DNA of 53,356 bases, counting the filler, from Sluysia triapertura (Eukaryota): NCBI GenBank assembly GCA_046118255.1. It is 3 parts of 3 records of this genome, joined end to end, with 100 filler letters (N's around TTAATTAATTAA, not from the genome) between each part and the next. Parts side by side here need not be neighbours in the genome. Positions count along the whole stretch, not along the records: positions 1 to 27,421 come from JBJNIA010033265.1; 2 more parts are not named here. One strand, given 5' to 3'. The notes beneath the pieces are model-generated. The model was not told the origin of the DNA and ran no database searches. It saw only the letters and a list, made by a program, of their open reading frames with translations. Below are positions 11,298 through 23,935 of this stretch, one piece after another. Position numbers and translations under genes: made by a program. Each line of letters starts with the position of its first letter. Positions within the stretch are counted from its first letter, which is position 1.

Positions 11298-14060
11298 TTC
11301 ATTTGATTAAATGTAATATTAAAACAAAATTTTATAAAACTTTCAATTAAATAAAAGGTATAATTATAAATTGCGAAGCACAAAAAAACCAAACATGTTA
11401 CACTTATAAAACGTTATACAACAGTTTTATATTTATGAAATTTTTTCAATATTATAAGTTTTGTGAACCTGCAACAATATAAGTAATAATGTATAGAAAT
11501 AAAAATTAACTATCATAAACTTTGATAAGTAGTTTATTTAACTTAAATACAGTAAAAGTTTGTTATTTAGTCGTCAAATTAGAGAAACTGTTAATCAGCA
11601 CATATCTAAAACCAACTTAAAACGATGAAAATGTCTTACAAAATTTATGCTTTTGTCTTATATATTTTATAAAATTAATGAAGGAATTCACAATCATGCA
11701 CGAATGTGCCATTTAATGAATAATTAGTTATTTTTAATTTATCGGCTCGGGTTTCTGCATGTACACAAATAACTACATATCATCGCAAACATGAATAAAA
11801 CTCACAAAACTCCTATTGTTATATAAAAGGTTAAAACAACTAATTGCATAATATCATTTTTTCCATATAATGTACAGCATTTTATATATCACTTTAAACG
11901 CGACTACTTATATAAGTGATTAATTACGTATTAGCAAATGTGATTAATAAACAACTGTCTCAGCAATAATAAAAAACCATTCTCTTGGTAGAAAATAAAC
12001 AATGAAGCCTTACGCGTGCTACCAATTAACCCAGTGGCTAATTAGGCGAGTTTTATAGTATTATCTGAAATATTTAATGCATAATAATGATGAGCAAACT
12101 AGAATATAGTAATATAAAAATTTTAAATTTATTTAAATTTGCTGGGTGTTTTACTTAACCTAAGAACTTACCTACAGCAAAATAAATAATTATTATGAGT
12201 CCGTTTACAGTATACGACTTACCTATGGCGTACCTGTAAAAATTACGTGAAAGTAATTATCAAAATTAACTCTTTAAAAGATGCTTCGTCTCAATTTAAC
12301 GATAATGAGCAAAATCGTTATTTTACAACAAATAACTTACAAGACCAACGTTAGATTATAAGTAATGAAACTATTACAAAAATGCCAATTAAGTAATGAA
12401 AGTGTAGAGTTTCTTGGTGTGAATTACTATGTCTTTATATCTAAATCAGTCTAGTAAAATAGTGTTACAATTACAATTTAACGTGAAATTATTCTAAATG
12501 AATCGAACAATGAAATCCTATTACAATTACAAATTTTAACTTTAACTTTCCAACTTTAACAATCAAAAAACAAAAGAAATTTTTTAATATCCTTTATTAC
12601 TATTACACTAAATTGAAAAATAAAAATTTTAAGAATAAACACTAATTTATAATAAATAGCACACAAAAATTAACAATATTATTAGTAAAAATAAGATATA
12701 AAAGTATAATAACAATAAAAATTTTAATTGTAATAAGGGTCTAGCTTAGAAAAAACTCTACCCTGTGATATTTATTTTATAATTGGTCTTAAGGACCAAC
12801 TAAAGTTTTTAGATTTTATATTTTAGAATAGATTTTGTAAATCAGTCTTAATGACCAACCTTTAAAAAATGATATTTTAGGTATAATTTTATAACTTTTC
12901 TGAAAGTTTAAAATCTTATTTACCAAACTTACGGATGAATTAATTGATCGAAGATTGATTTCCAAATCGTTGTTGATGTCGATGTGTTACCCCTCTAATC
13001 GTAGACGCGGGGATCACACAGATGATAAAATACCAAATTGAAAATATCGAAGAAATAGAGTTATTGGCGATGATGATGCTGCACAGTCGATAATCTTGAA
13101 TAAACTGGATACTCAAACCAATATGGCGACTAATAAAATTTTTTAACTAGTGATGAATTAATTATGGCTTCCAATTGATGAATTATGTCTTTATATATGA
13201 ATAAAGACATTTTTTATTTTGATTTATTAAAACAAACTTCTTTCTAGAAGTTTCGTTTGTAGTAATTTTTAATTTATAATAATAATATTTTTATTTTAAA
13301 TTAATTAATTTGGTAATTTTGTATAATATACAATTTTAAATAAATTTAAAAATTAAAAATTTTAAAAAATAAAAATAAAAATTTACAAAATTATGTACAT
13401 TCTTACAAATCTAAAAACAAGAGTATCCATTGTGACTTATTAAAAATGGATTCAAAATTTAAGTCGTGCAACTTCACAATTCGCCTTTTCTATTTCTCTT
13501 TCACCTATATTATTATCGCAAACCAATTGGGAATTATTAACATTATTACTTTTTATAAGCACATTTAAGTTGTTTGAAAATTTTGAATAATGCTTCTTAT
13601 TGCTCCAGTGTATCAGAATCACTAGAACCATTTCTATTTCTCTAGTATTTAGGTGCCAAATATTAGCGAAATAATTTACATTAATAATATCATGATGAAT
13701 AGTAACACAATCTTTGACAAACACAAACACTACACGAGTACACAATCATTTTATTTCAGTTTTCGGTAAACATTTCACTATACAATCATATCGCAAAAAA
13801 CGCACATTTTACTATTAATCCATATAACTTCATAAGTTTGCACGTGAAAACAAATGACACACTTATAGACCCTACACACATTCACTTTTCTTGATAATAA
13901 TGGCATTACTCATTTTTTTATCTGGCCATTTACTGTTCTTAGAAACACAAACGTACACACATACCTCGAGAACTCTAGAACAAAGGAAGTCCTTAAACCT
14001 GTTGGCCTAAAACATGCCATGTAGTATAATTGAATATATTAAAAATGAAATTGTTAGACG

Positions 14061-14132
14061 GGACTGATAGCTCAGTGGTAGAGCATCGAACTGCGCAGCT
14101 AGAGGTCCCGTGTTAGATCCCCGGTCAGTCCA
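14061..14132 (+). tRNA. tRNA-Ala-like pseudogene or tRNA-derived repeat, copy 1
   Basis: Acceptor stem GGACTGA/TCAGTCC plus discriminator A. D arm GCTC-AGTGGTA-GAGC. T arm CCGTG-TTAGATC-CCCGG with a mutated B box. The anticodon stem does not pair. TTTT follows directly. Confidence 0.75.
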
Positions 14133-14779
14133 TTTTATGAAGTCTAACAAACCCAAATACAAACTGAGTATTCCCTTTGTTTGAGAATCCCTAATTTCAT
14201 CTATTTAGATGATGTAAATAAAAATAAAAATTTATTTTTGGTTATTTATACTACTTTTGGTGGGTTCGAACAAAACTATTTTAGATATGTGCATCATGAA
14301 CCGTGAATTGCATATGAACGCACAATATTTTTGATGGGTATAACATGTGTGTACGACAAAACAATGATTATCTCCGTTTGCCCTATAATACTGAACTCAT
14401 ATTCCTATGACCAATTAATAAATATGAGTATCTGTAAGTAGTTTTGTAATTGTAAAAATGATTTAAATTAAATGAACGAACGTGAGAAGGAATACCACAA
14501 AGACCACAGAGAGTCCAAGAAAGTGGGATTCAACGTGAGCATAGACATAAGCAAGTTGGTAACATTCTCCGGTGGCAGATAACAGTGCTAACATAACTCT
14601 GCTTGTGACAAAAGAATAAAATATTGAGATAACATATCGCATAACAGTGGATTATTACAAATGCTAATTTCAACATAATTTCAAACTTCGGACTTAGAGT
14701 AGTGTTACTTCATTAATTATTGGACTTAACTCCTTTTAGTAAAGAATTAAGGAAAAACAAAAAAATCAAGTTATACATA

Positions 14780-14955
14780 AGCGAGCATTTTGTAGAGACC
14801 CTCGATTATTAAAGAGACAAAATTATTAAAGTGATATTAAATTGTTAGCTTATGTAGTTACATGAACGCCCACTCTACGACACAAGACATTTACTGTAAC
14901 CGGACCGTGCTCAAAAATATTTTGCCGAAAGTTAAGTGTTAGAAAAACCACAGAA
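14780..14955 (+). repeat. Dispersed family A, copy A4
   Basis: gaacgcccactctacgacacaagacatttactgtaaccggaccgtgctcaa...aaaaaccacag aligns with 23830-23931, 30066-30167 and rc 674-728. Confidence 0.8.
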
Positions 14956-16864
14956 TTTATGATACAAATAAGAAAACGTATGAATTGTTTACTTTTAATA
15001 ATTCTAATATCCAATCAATTGAATATCACACATAAATTCCTACAGATACGTCTTAGGCCTAATATTTTAGCTTACAAGAAATTGGTTGTAGATAAATGAC
15101 ATAAATCGGTAAATATACATGATTAACAGCTTTATTCAATGAGAGGTTTTTGCTGTGCATGTATTCTTTTGTCAAATATATTAAACTTAATCCTAAATTT
15201 ATTAAACAGTCATTTTATTATTTTCTAGTTATGCTTTCTGAAAGCATAAAATTTCAGATTTAATTGCATGGACGAATTATGAAAGGTTTTGCAAATATTG
15301 TTTTTATTGAAATGATATTTATGACTAACATCTAATGATCCAATTTCAAATTCAGATGAAGTACCAAATGTTTAAATAAAATATGCATAAATTTCATTGT
15401 CTTATTTTAATTGAGGTAGAAGTTATAATGTGTCCTAAAAATTGGACTTCATCCATTAATGGGTTAAAATGTGCATAACGTTTTGGTTATGGACATTATT
15501 GTTTTGCAGTCCAAAAGCTGCTTTTTAATTAACTTTTCTTTGGTATTTTTGAGTATTCTGATCCAAATCATCGTATCACGTGGCACTTTCTTTACTCATT
15601 CTAAATAAAATATGAAGTAACAGTCTATATGTCGACTTAAAAATATTTAATATAATATTAATAATACTAAAATAACAATAAATAAAGACAATGCACTTAT
15701 AATTTCATTACATAATCAAATAATTTTTATTGAAAAGCATTAAAACTATCTTATGCCGTTCACCTAGATAAATAAAGTTCAAACTGCCCAATGTAATTAT
15801 TAAGTATTTAAACTAACATTTATAAACGATAATAAATATTTAAATAATTAAATTCAATCTATAGTAAATTTATTTTTGCACATTAAAAAATTAAATAAAT
15901 GATAGTAGATACTGGTTTGGTGCGGGATGAACAAATATTAGAATACTTCAAACTGTCATATCAAATTTCAGCGTGAGTTAATAGTTTGTGTGCATTATTT
16001 TTGAGAAGAAATTCATAATATATTGGTCTATGTTTTAGAAAATTAAATTGTTTAAATTATGCACAAATTCGATGACAATTATGATAAACTATAATTTTTT
16101 AAATTAATGTTTTACTTATTTTATTTACATTAGCTAGCTGATTTAGTTTAATTAATAAAAAAATAGTGTACATTAATAAATTCTTGTTTAATGATTATTT
16201 CGTTTTTACGGTCTTTGAAATTTAAATTATGTATTTTATAGATGCACTTTTTTGAGTTAGTTTTACTAATTTGACCGGAAGAATGTAACATTTCTGGTGA
16301 TTTTGTTATCAAAATTTGTTCGTGATTATCCAAAATTTAGTAGTCATGAAATGTGTAAAATTTTCTCCGAGGGAGAGAATAAAAAATAATTTGTCGCCAT
16401 AATCTGTGTAAATAATAGTTTTTGATTTCGCCGAATAAGAATATTACAAGATGTGCATATATTACTAAACCAAAATTTAAAATGAGAAACTAAATCATTT
16501 GTTTAATTGTATGAAATTTAGGACGTAATTGTATGCATAAACTAAATTATTTTAATTAAAAATATATTGTTCATTACATTTATACATGAACCATATTTTT
16601 GTATTAAAATTGGATTTAGAATATGAATAAAACAAATCTAGAAAACTTATTAAAACGTGATAGCATCAATAAAATTATAGTATAAGCTTCTTGCCACAAT
16701 TTTTTTTCTAAAAATCACTGGCATAGATTATGTTGCATATAGATTAAAAATTACATTTGTTTCACTATCTTTAATAACTTACGACGAATTCAGTTTTTCA
16801 AGTGATTGAAGCACCAAACCATTTAAAGTATCAAAAAATGCAATAATGCAATTACATCTTTCGT

Positions 16865-17198
16865 TAGCAATTATAAACAATACATACAATGACAGAGCAT
16901 TTAATAACATGCTGTATTTAAAATCCGAACCAAGAAAATACTAAAATATCACCTAAAATATAAGTCATCTAATCCAACTCTTACAACAATCATCCAAACA
17001 AACTCTAAACACAAGTTCATCATCAATCATATATTATTTTCCATACCGCCTAGAACTTCAACACTTACAACACAAAAGCACTATTTCTCACAGTTTCAAA
17101 CATTCACACAACCCAATGGCATTATTATAAACAATACAGCCAACAGCAGAGAATTTAATAACATTCTGTATTTAAAATCCGGACCAAGACCACGCTAA
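16865..17198 (+). repeat. ~80-bp direct repeat pair about 250 bp apart
   Basis: 16865-16945 and 17117-17198 share attataaacaataca...cagag.atttaataacat.ctgtatttaaaatccg.accaaga. Confidence 0.85.
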
Positions 17199-19089
17199 CG
17201 CAAAAAATCTCCACATAATACAACGATCCCATATAGTACAAAACATGAAAATCCAAAATTTTTGTGTATGTAACAAAAACTATTCACCAACCCTTTAAAC
17301 AAATAAAATTTTCTTTTATAACCATGCAAATGAATTAAAAATGTACTTTGTAATAAACTTCCGAGTAATAATTGTTTCGAAAGAATTGATAAATATAATT
17401 AACCTTTAAAGATATAATAATTGATTTGAATCATGAAATGAAATAAAGAATGTTAGAATAAGTTCTTAAATACTGATTGAAGTTTATAATTGAAAACAAG
17501 GTTTAAATATTGAAAGATCGTAGATAAAAGGCTGGTTGAGAAGATTGTAATCTAGTAAATCTAAAAGGGGAGCTACAATACACCTCTTGGTATATTTAAG
17601 ATGTTATTATACTATGTTTTGTTTGATTTGTTTATTTGATGTTTTTAGTGTTATTGTACTGTGTTGTTGATGATTATGCACAGATGAATAGTGAATTTGA
17701 AATGTTGTAATTGGTTCGAAGATGTGAAGTAGGTATTTTATATGTTTCAAGTAGATTTACTGGTGTTGTCGAATGGTATTAAATGTAATTTTGTAACTTT
17801 TAGCTACAAAATTGACTATCAAAATTTTATTATAACATTTAATTTTGTATACACTCATTCGTATGCATTCTTTTATTCATTCTGAAATTCAACATGCATC
17901 ACTTATTTACAATATAATATGATCTTTTAATTTCCCAGTCAATATATTCAAATTTGTGGCTCACCATATATTTAATTTATTTTTATTTTCAGATATTTAA
18001 TTCAAACATATTGTAAGCTAATTAAGCATGTTTTATATAAAATAATAATCAGCGAATTTTGCATAAAATAAATAATTACTAAATTGTATGAAAACATTAT
18101 TAATTATTAAATTAAATCAAAATTTTTATTAAAATTGATAAAATAAATTATTGTGTAATTAAAATCTTACAAAAATCAAGATTAAAATAATATTAGAATT
18201 GAAAAATTGAAATTATTATTGTAAATTATTTTATTGTTTTAATTATTACGTTTATTTTATTGTTCTAATTATTATGTTTATTTTATTGTTTTAATTATTA
18301 TGTCAATAAAGTGAATCATTTCATTTAGTATAAATAACAGTTAAATTCCGTAAACAAGTTAATCAATTTTTATAAGTTAACAATTTTTGTAGAAGCATCT
18401 GAAGTATCTGAAGAACATTGTTTGAAATATATTATAAATATTGTTAAATAATTCGGCTCAATTTGAAGCAGTTTGGGTAAAATAGTTGATTGAAACAGTC
18501 AACGGATCAAAGATTACTAAATCATTGTTTTTGTATAACAATCGTTAAGAGTCCCTCGTTTTATAAGATAAATTCTACAAAAATAAAATCAAAAAATTTC
18601 TTTGTAAATTATATTACTACATAACATTTGCTAATAAAATACAACACATATATTAATTATAAAATTAATATTGTTAATAAAATATTGTTACATTATATTG
18701 ATTTTTATTTTAAACATCTTGATATAAATTGGAATATTACATTAACATTGACTTTGAATATTTTTGATATTAAATATCGGTATATTATACATTAATATCG
18801 ATTTTCTTTGAATATTTTGGTATAATTGAATGTTGTGGAAATAATTTTTTGTGTTGAATTACGTTATATACTGATTTTAATAATTGTTAAGTATCACCGT
18901 TCTGTTTGAATATTATATTGTACTCTTCGCAATTTAAGTTTTATTAATAAATAATTATATAATCAAGCTCTGTTTTTAAATTCGTTTTATAACAATGTAT
19001 AAAGTATAGCTTTTCCTTTCGTTAAGAAATTGTGATATTAAATAGATAATTCGAGATAAAGTTAAACAACCGGCAAAATATTATTGAAC

Positions 19090-19262
19090 ATTAAAGATTA
19101 TTTCAAGAAAGATCTTTTTAGATCAGAGATAAAATTATAATTAGCTGAAAACAAAAATACTTATAATTGACCTCCAATCACTTCCATATTTTTTATTTCG
19201 ACGCTGACATCTATGTGCTGGTCCTTGAGTGCGTAAGTCCAGTGGCATAGAGGACTCACATA
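19090..19262 (-). repeat. Dispersed family C, copy C2
   Basis: ttgacctcca...ccatatt...acgctgaca...agtg.gtaag...catagaggactc.cataa is shared with 37885-37975. Confidence 0.75.
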
Positions 19263-20912
19263 AGAAATATATATATATATATTAAAGCAAAAGCAGCAAA
19301 AACCTCTCAATATTATACTTGCAGCATTTTTCAAGCATACATTTTTTAATATTAAAGAATATATTATTGGATACATTACATTTATTGAATATTACACCTT
19401 GTTGAGTATTATGTTGTTGCTACATGCTACAAAATCATAATTCAATTTAACATCTTGAAGGCTTAAAAATTCGTTTGAAACCCTCAAAATAATAATAATA
19501 ATAAATTCCCGGATTTACAGCCTATATTTAAATTAACACAATTATTTTTATTTTGAAATAATTAAAATTATATAATCATGAAAATTAGCTTCAATTCAAG
19601 TGAATTTTAATAATTAGTACAGCAGTTGTTTAACACAAAAATTTTATAACCAGTATTTGACAATTTCTCAGCCAAACAGTTAAAAAGTCATAATTTATAT
19701 GCTCAGATTAGCCCTATGAGCAATGAATTGGCAAAGAAAGTTATTCACAAGAAAATTTTTGTTTATTTTCAATCTAGATTCCGTGTATGTATCAATAAAT
19801 TTATGACTCAGTAAAAAATAATAATCTTGATTGATCAATGACAGAAAATAGCTGATTATATTTATTATTTCTAATTTTTCGTTAGTATAAAATAATATAA
19901 GACTAGCTTGATTAAAAGAAGCATAAAATCCAAACAAAATACCAAAATTGTTTGTAGTAATTTAAAGTAGTACTCCAAAATATTTAAAAAGCACATCATT
20001 TATTAAATATCCCACATATGTAACCTTAGTAACGTTAATTTATTTTGAATTGTGAACGAATACGTTTTCTCTAATAGGAAACTTATATTTATCACAGGAC
20101 CATTAGTAATTTTTAAATATTGCACAATTCTAAAGGTACGCCTGTTTGATGTTTTAAGCCGTTAATTTAAAATTATATTTTAAAAGTCTCCTTCATTAGA
20201 AAATCACAGTATGCACAATGAATGCCCTTCAGACCGATATATGTAATGCGTCCTTGAGACAAAATCACATACTAGTCCATACCACTTGCATTAGCTTTCT
20301 AACGTAGATCGTAGTCTTGATAATTTATGCCTTTCCATAAACGATGTGTAATGTGTCTGAATCGAACGTTGTCGGAATTTAGAGCATTAACAATTACAGA
20401 TAGCAATGCTTTACAAGCATTAATGTAAGATGCCTTGCAACATCGCTCAACTACTAATGTCAAACTAAAAAACTTTATAAACCTTAAAAACCTTATAAAT
20501 AACCATAATAAACTTTAACAGGTGCTTAAGCTCCGTAAATTGCGTGAAGATACTTTTCAAATAATCTTAAAGAAATTAAAAATTCATGCAATCACTCATA
20601 GCAAAAATCGTGCGAAAAGTCATATTCCACGAAAAATAAAAAAGCCCATAAATAAAACTGTCTAAAGTAGAAAATTTAGGAATATATCAAATTAAAAACT
20701 TCCTAAAATTGGAAAAATAACGGAATACTCCAAAAATTTTCTACATTTAAACAAATTTAAATTTAGAATAATTTTAACTTTCCGTAACAAATCTTGAAAA
20801 TGAAAAAGTTATTATTAAATAATCCAAATTAAAATAATTCTTTTCCCAATTATGTAAAAATTAAAACCAAATCATAGTTAATATGGTTACAAAACTAAAT
20901 TAAATTACTCAC

Positions 20913-21176
20913 TTTTAATCCGAAGTCAAATAATCGCCACATAATATTAATTTCACGTCGTGCTAGATCGACAATTTCAAACATATCTAAATCTTGAGAC
21001 AACATGTAACCATTAAATAGAACTGCAGAAGATCCAGGTACTATACCATAAGTATTTTCCAAAATAGCTTGATTATACGAGATTTCATTACGTACATTTG
21101 TAGTTACTGGAACTGTAGATAAAAAATTGGCACGAATAGGATAATTCTGACTAATGTCTCGCATTATTTCCAGTGC
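20913..21176 (-). CDS. UGGT: UGGT exon 3 (last exon visible)
   Basis: ALEIMRDISQNYPIRANFL...LFNG...DMFEIVDLARRE matches UGGT. Preceded by a 38-bp intron (21177-21214) and followed by a GTGAGT donor at 20912. Confidence 0.88.
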
Positions 21177-21214
21177 CTGTGACAGAACATTATTTGTAAT
21201 TAGCATAAACCAAC

Positions 21215-21544
21215 CTGATTAGATTCTAATCCATTTAAAATTAGTTGTGACGCCTTTAAACTTAATTCTTGTACTTCCCAGGCTTTTAAAGGCCTAAGTT
21301 CAGAACCTCCTTTCAAAAGGTGTTGGCGAAATTGTTCAAGATTTGTCGTTGAATCAGGATAAAGCTCCTTTAATTTCGAAAATATAAATCCATCAATTTC
21401 ATCAATTTCTTCCGTAACATTTACATCTGCCAATGATCTTCCCGATTTTTCGGTCAGTTTACTATCATCTACTGCTTTGTATTCTGTACTTTTAATAGCT
21501 AATTCTACCCCATAACCACTCAAGCGTGTTTTACCTTCGCTATT
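21215..21544 (-). CDS. UGGT: UGGT exon 2
   Basis: Contains the UGGT signatures RLSGYGVELAIKSTEYKAVDD, EIDGFIFSKLKELYP and LRPLKAWEVQELSLKASQLI. Preceded by a 34-bp GT-AG intron (21545-21578). Confidence 0.93.
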
Positions 21545-21578
21545 CTAAATAAACATTATTTAATATTTAAATTTTAAC

Positions 21579-22226
21579 TTTTATCCGATGTCTGAATACG
21601 TAATAGGAATTTTCAGTAGTCACAAATTTCCTTAAAATATCATCAATATCATACACTTCGCTGTCTCTTAAATCACCATACAAAATAACAACATTTGCAT
21701 TTTCTGAAAGACTTCCAACATCAGAAACTGTCGGATATATTTTGTCATTACGATATAAAAACGGTTTTATTCTAGTACGTGTAGTAGAATGAAGTATTTT
21801 TAATAATTCAGAAATATCACAAATTATTTCCTCGTTAAATTGAACCACATATTGCTTATTAGGACAATCAATAGATTTTTCTAATAGCTGCTGGTGCATT
21901 TCCACAGAAGGTGAATAAATACGAAGAGATAAAGATAATTGTAATAAAGCTAGTTCACCAGAATTTAACAATTTCTTTGATATTTTATAAATTAATTCAT
22001 AATTTTTTATTTCAACATTATCCAGACTAAGCTGATTTTTTATTTCTTTTAAATTAAGAAAAAAATCCCAAAATTTATCAGTCGAAATTGATGCAAAATA
22101 TTCACTTGCTTCTGCAATTAATGGTGTATTTGGCCATTTGCTATCCAAAACGACTGTTAATGAATTAGATTTAATGTTTGCAACATTTAAAAACAATAAG
22201 ACAGTTACATAAAAAAGTTTTAGCAT
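21579..22226 (-). CDS. UGGT: UDP-glucose:glycoprotein glucosyltransferase exon 1 (signal peptide plus N-terminal thioredoxin-like region)
   Basis: ATG at 22226 and a hydrophobic signal peptide, then LDSKWPNTPLIAEASEY...FWDF...LSLSLRIYSPSVEMHQQ...VILYG...YVFRH. Confidence 0.92.
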
Positions 22227-22964
22227 TATTGCATATCTGAAAAATAATTTCAAAATATCCTAATATTTATGTAGATTATTTAAAAATTTAAAACTTTAAA
22301 CATTATTATAAACCAAGCGAACAACATTAAAGATGAACACAAATTAAATTATATGTTTAACCAATGCGAACCCAAATAAAAAAATATTACGAAAGAAATA
22401 ATTTTTGTAAAATGCATTAATTAATGTATTTCAGATATTTGCGCGCTGCAAAATATACGTGTAATAAATTCTTTAAATATTAAAACAAACCAAAATATAT
22501 TAATTTTGCGTTTAAATAAAGGCAGTACAGATAAACACAATTCAATTTAATGTTGATCTTTATTAGTTATTATTTATTTTGTTTTTTAAAACAATGACTT
22601 TTAATTCAAATCTTAAACTTAAATGACAATAATTGATTCATTTTTTACTGAATATTTATTTTTATAATACCAAAGGAAAAAATTTACAAAAATACATGGA
22701 ACAACCAGTATGATCACATTGGAATTGTTTACCAAAATATTAAACATTATCAAATTAATTGGTTGAATTACACATTACTGAATTCATTACATAAAACTAT
22801 TTCTGTTCTGAAACCGTACGTGCATATTTATTGCATTTCTAAGCAAGTGATTCTATATTGCCAAGTACTAATTCCTTAATAACTCCTTTACATCGTTTTC
22901 AAAAATTATCAAATTTGTTGTGGTACCTGAAATTAAAAAATAATGATAATATTAGAAATAATAT

Positions 22965-23935
22965 TATAATAATGTTAGGTTGTCATCACAACCTTAAAAA
23001 ATAATTCTAAGACGACATAATAACGCCTTAAAATTATTTAAAACTATTTAAAATCACGAAAAAATTAGTTAAAATCATAAAAAATATTATATAATCAATT
23101 AAAATTAATTAAAAACATTTATTTTCCAAAAAGAAAGTTTATTCTCCAAAAAAGAAATCTATTTTCCAAAAAAGAAATTATTTTTTCTAAAAAAGAAATC
23201 TAGCTTCTATAAATAACATAGAAGCTTCTAGAAGTTTCCGTCGATTTTCATTGGATGATGACTAGTATATAAACTAGCCTCAATACAATGAAAATCGCCA
23301 TTTGTAATAACTAGCCATTTGTATAATCAGTTGCAGTATTATCAAGAGCATTTTTAAATCTTTGCGACAGTGACAATTTCTACCAAACGGATATAATTCG
23401 TCATTCTTTCTACATGGATTAAAACTATCAAGACAGATCAGGAATATTTTGCTCAGTCTATTTTTATTCCATGCAACAAGTAATTTTTTTTATTAAGATT
23501 GATATTTGTTTTGTCTAAGAAAGCAAATATCATAAGCTCCACTTAAAATTATCTTTAGTTTAATTTATTTCTAAGGTTCTTCGATATATTGAGGGGTAAA
23601 ATCTACTCTAAACTAATAAATATCAATTATTCAAGACTTATAAAAGTTTTAATAATAAATTTTACTTTTCTTTCTATTCTGTTACTTCTATTTTGTATTA
23701 TAACTTAAATTGTATAAAATTTTAATTCATTAATAAATATTTTTGTTGGTTGTTCGTGAATTTATTTGACCCTCTAGTTGTAGGAGCATAAATTTAATTT
23801 ATTGTATTTGTTTAACTTATTTTGTTTCAGAGGTGCCTTCTTTACGACGTATGACGCTTACTGCAGCCGAACCCTGCTCGATTTTCTATTTTGCCGTAAG
23901 TTTCGACGTAAATTTTAATAAAAACCACAGCAATC
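22965..23935 (+). repeat. Dispersed family A, copy A2 (most complete)
   Basis: Starts tgttaggttgtcatca. Contains the ATTGG / ACTAGTATATAAACTAG / CGCCATTT block, the DILRGKI block and the LYDxxRLLQP block in the same order as A1. Confidence 0.8.
23250..23303 (+). promoter_or_regulatory. Putative Pol II promoter module of family A (inverted CCAAT, TATA between CTAG inverted repeats, YY1-like CGCCATTT)
   Basis: Motif order is conserved in the rc copy at 1189-1242 while the flanking sequence diverges. Confidence 0.4.

Noticed and set aside
11548-11575. TA-CAGTAAAA pogo-like terminus (also at ~51600)
   Set aside because: No matching opposite TIR or transposase remnant was found.
12782-12860. Palindrome ttggtcttaaggaccaa with a degenerate second copy ~62 bp later
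   Set aside because: Short, with no associated element ends; not distinguishable from a local duplication.
13780-13880. CxxC...CxxC (KCVICF...MCVFCD) zinc ribbon on the minus strand
   Set aside because: It lies in TG-rich sequence that yields Cys/Val codons by composition, and the frame is broken by stops.
18440-18560. RLLYKNNDLVIFDP as a possible fourth UGGT exon
   Set aside because: Stop-ridden and far more diverged than exons 1-3, and the expected preceding conserved block is missing.
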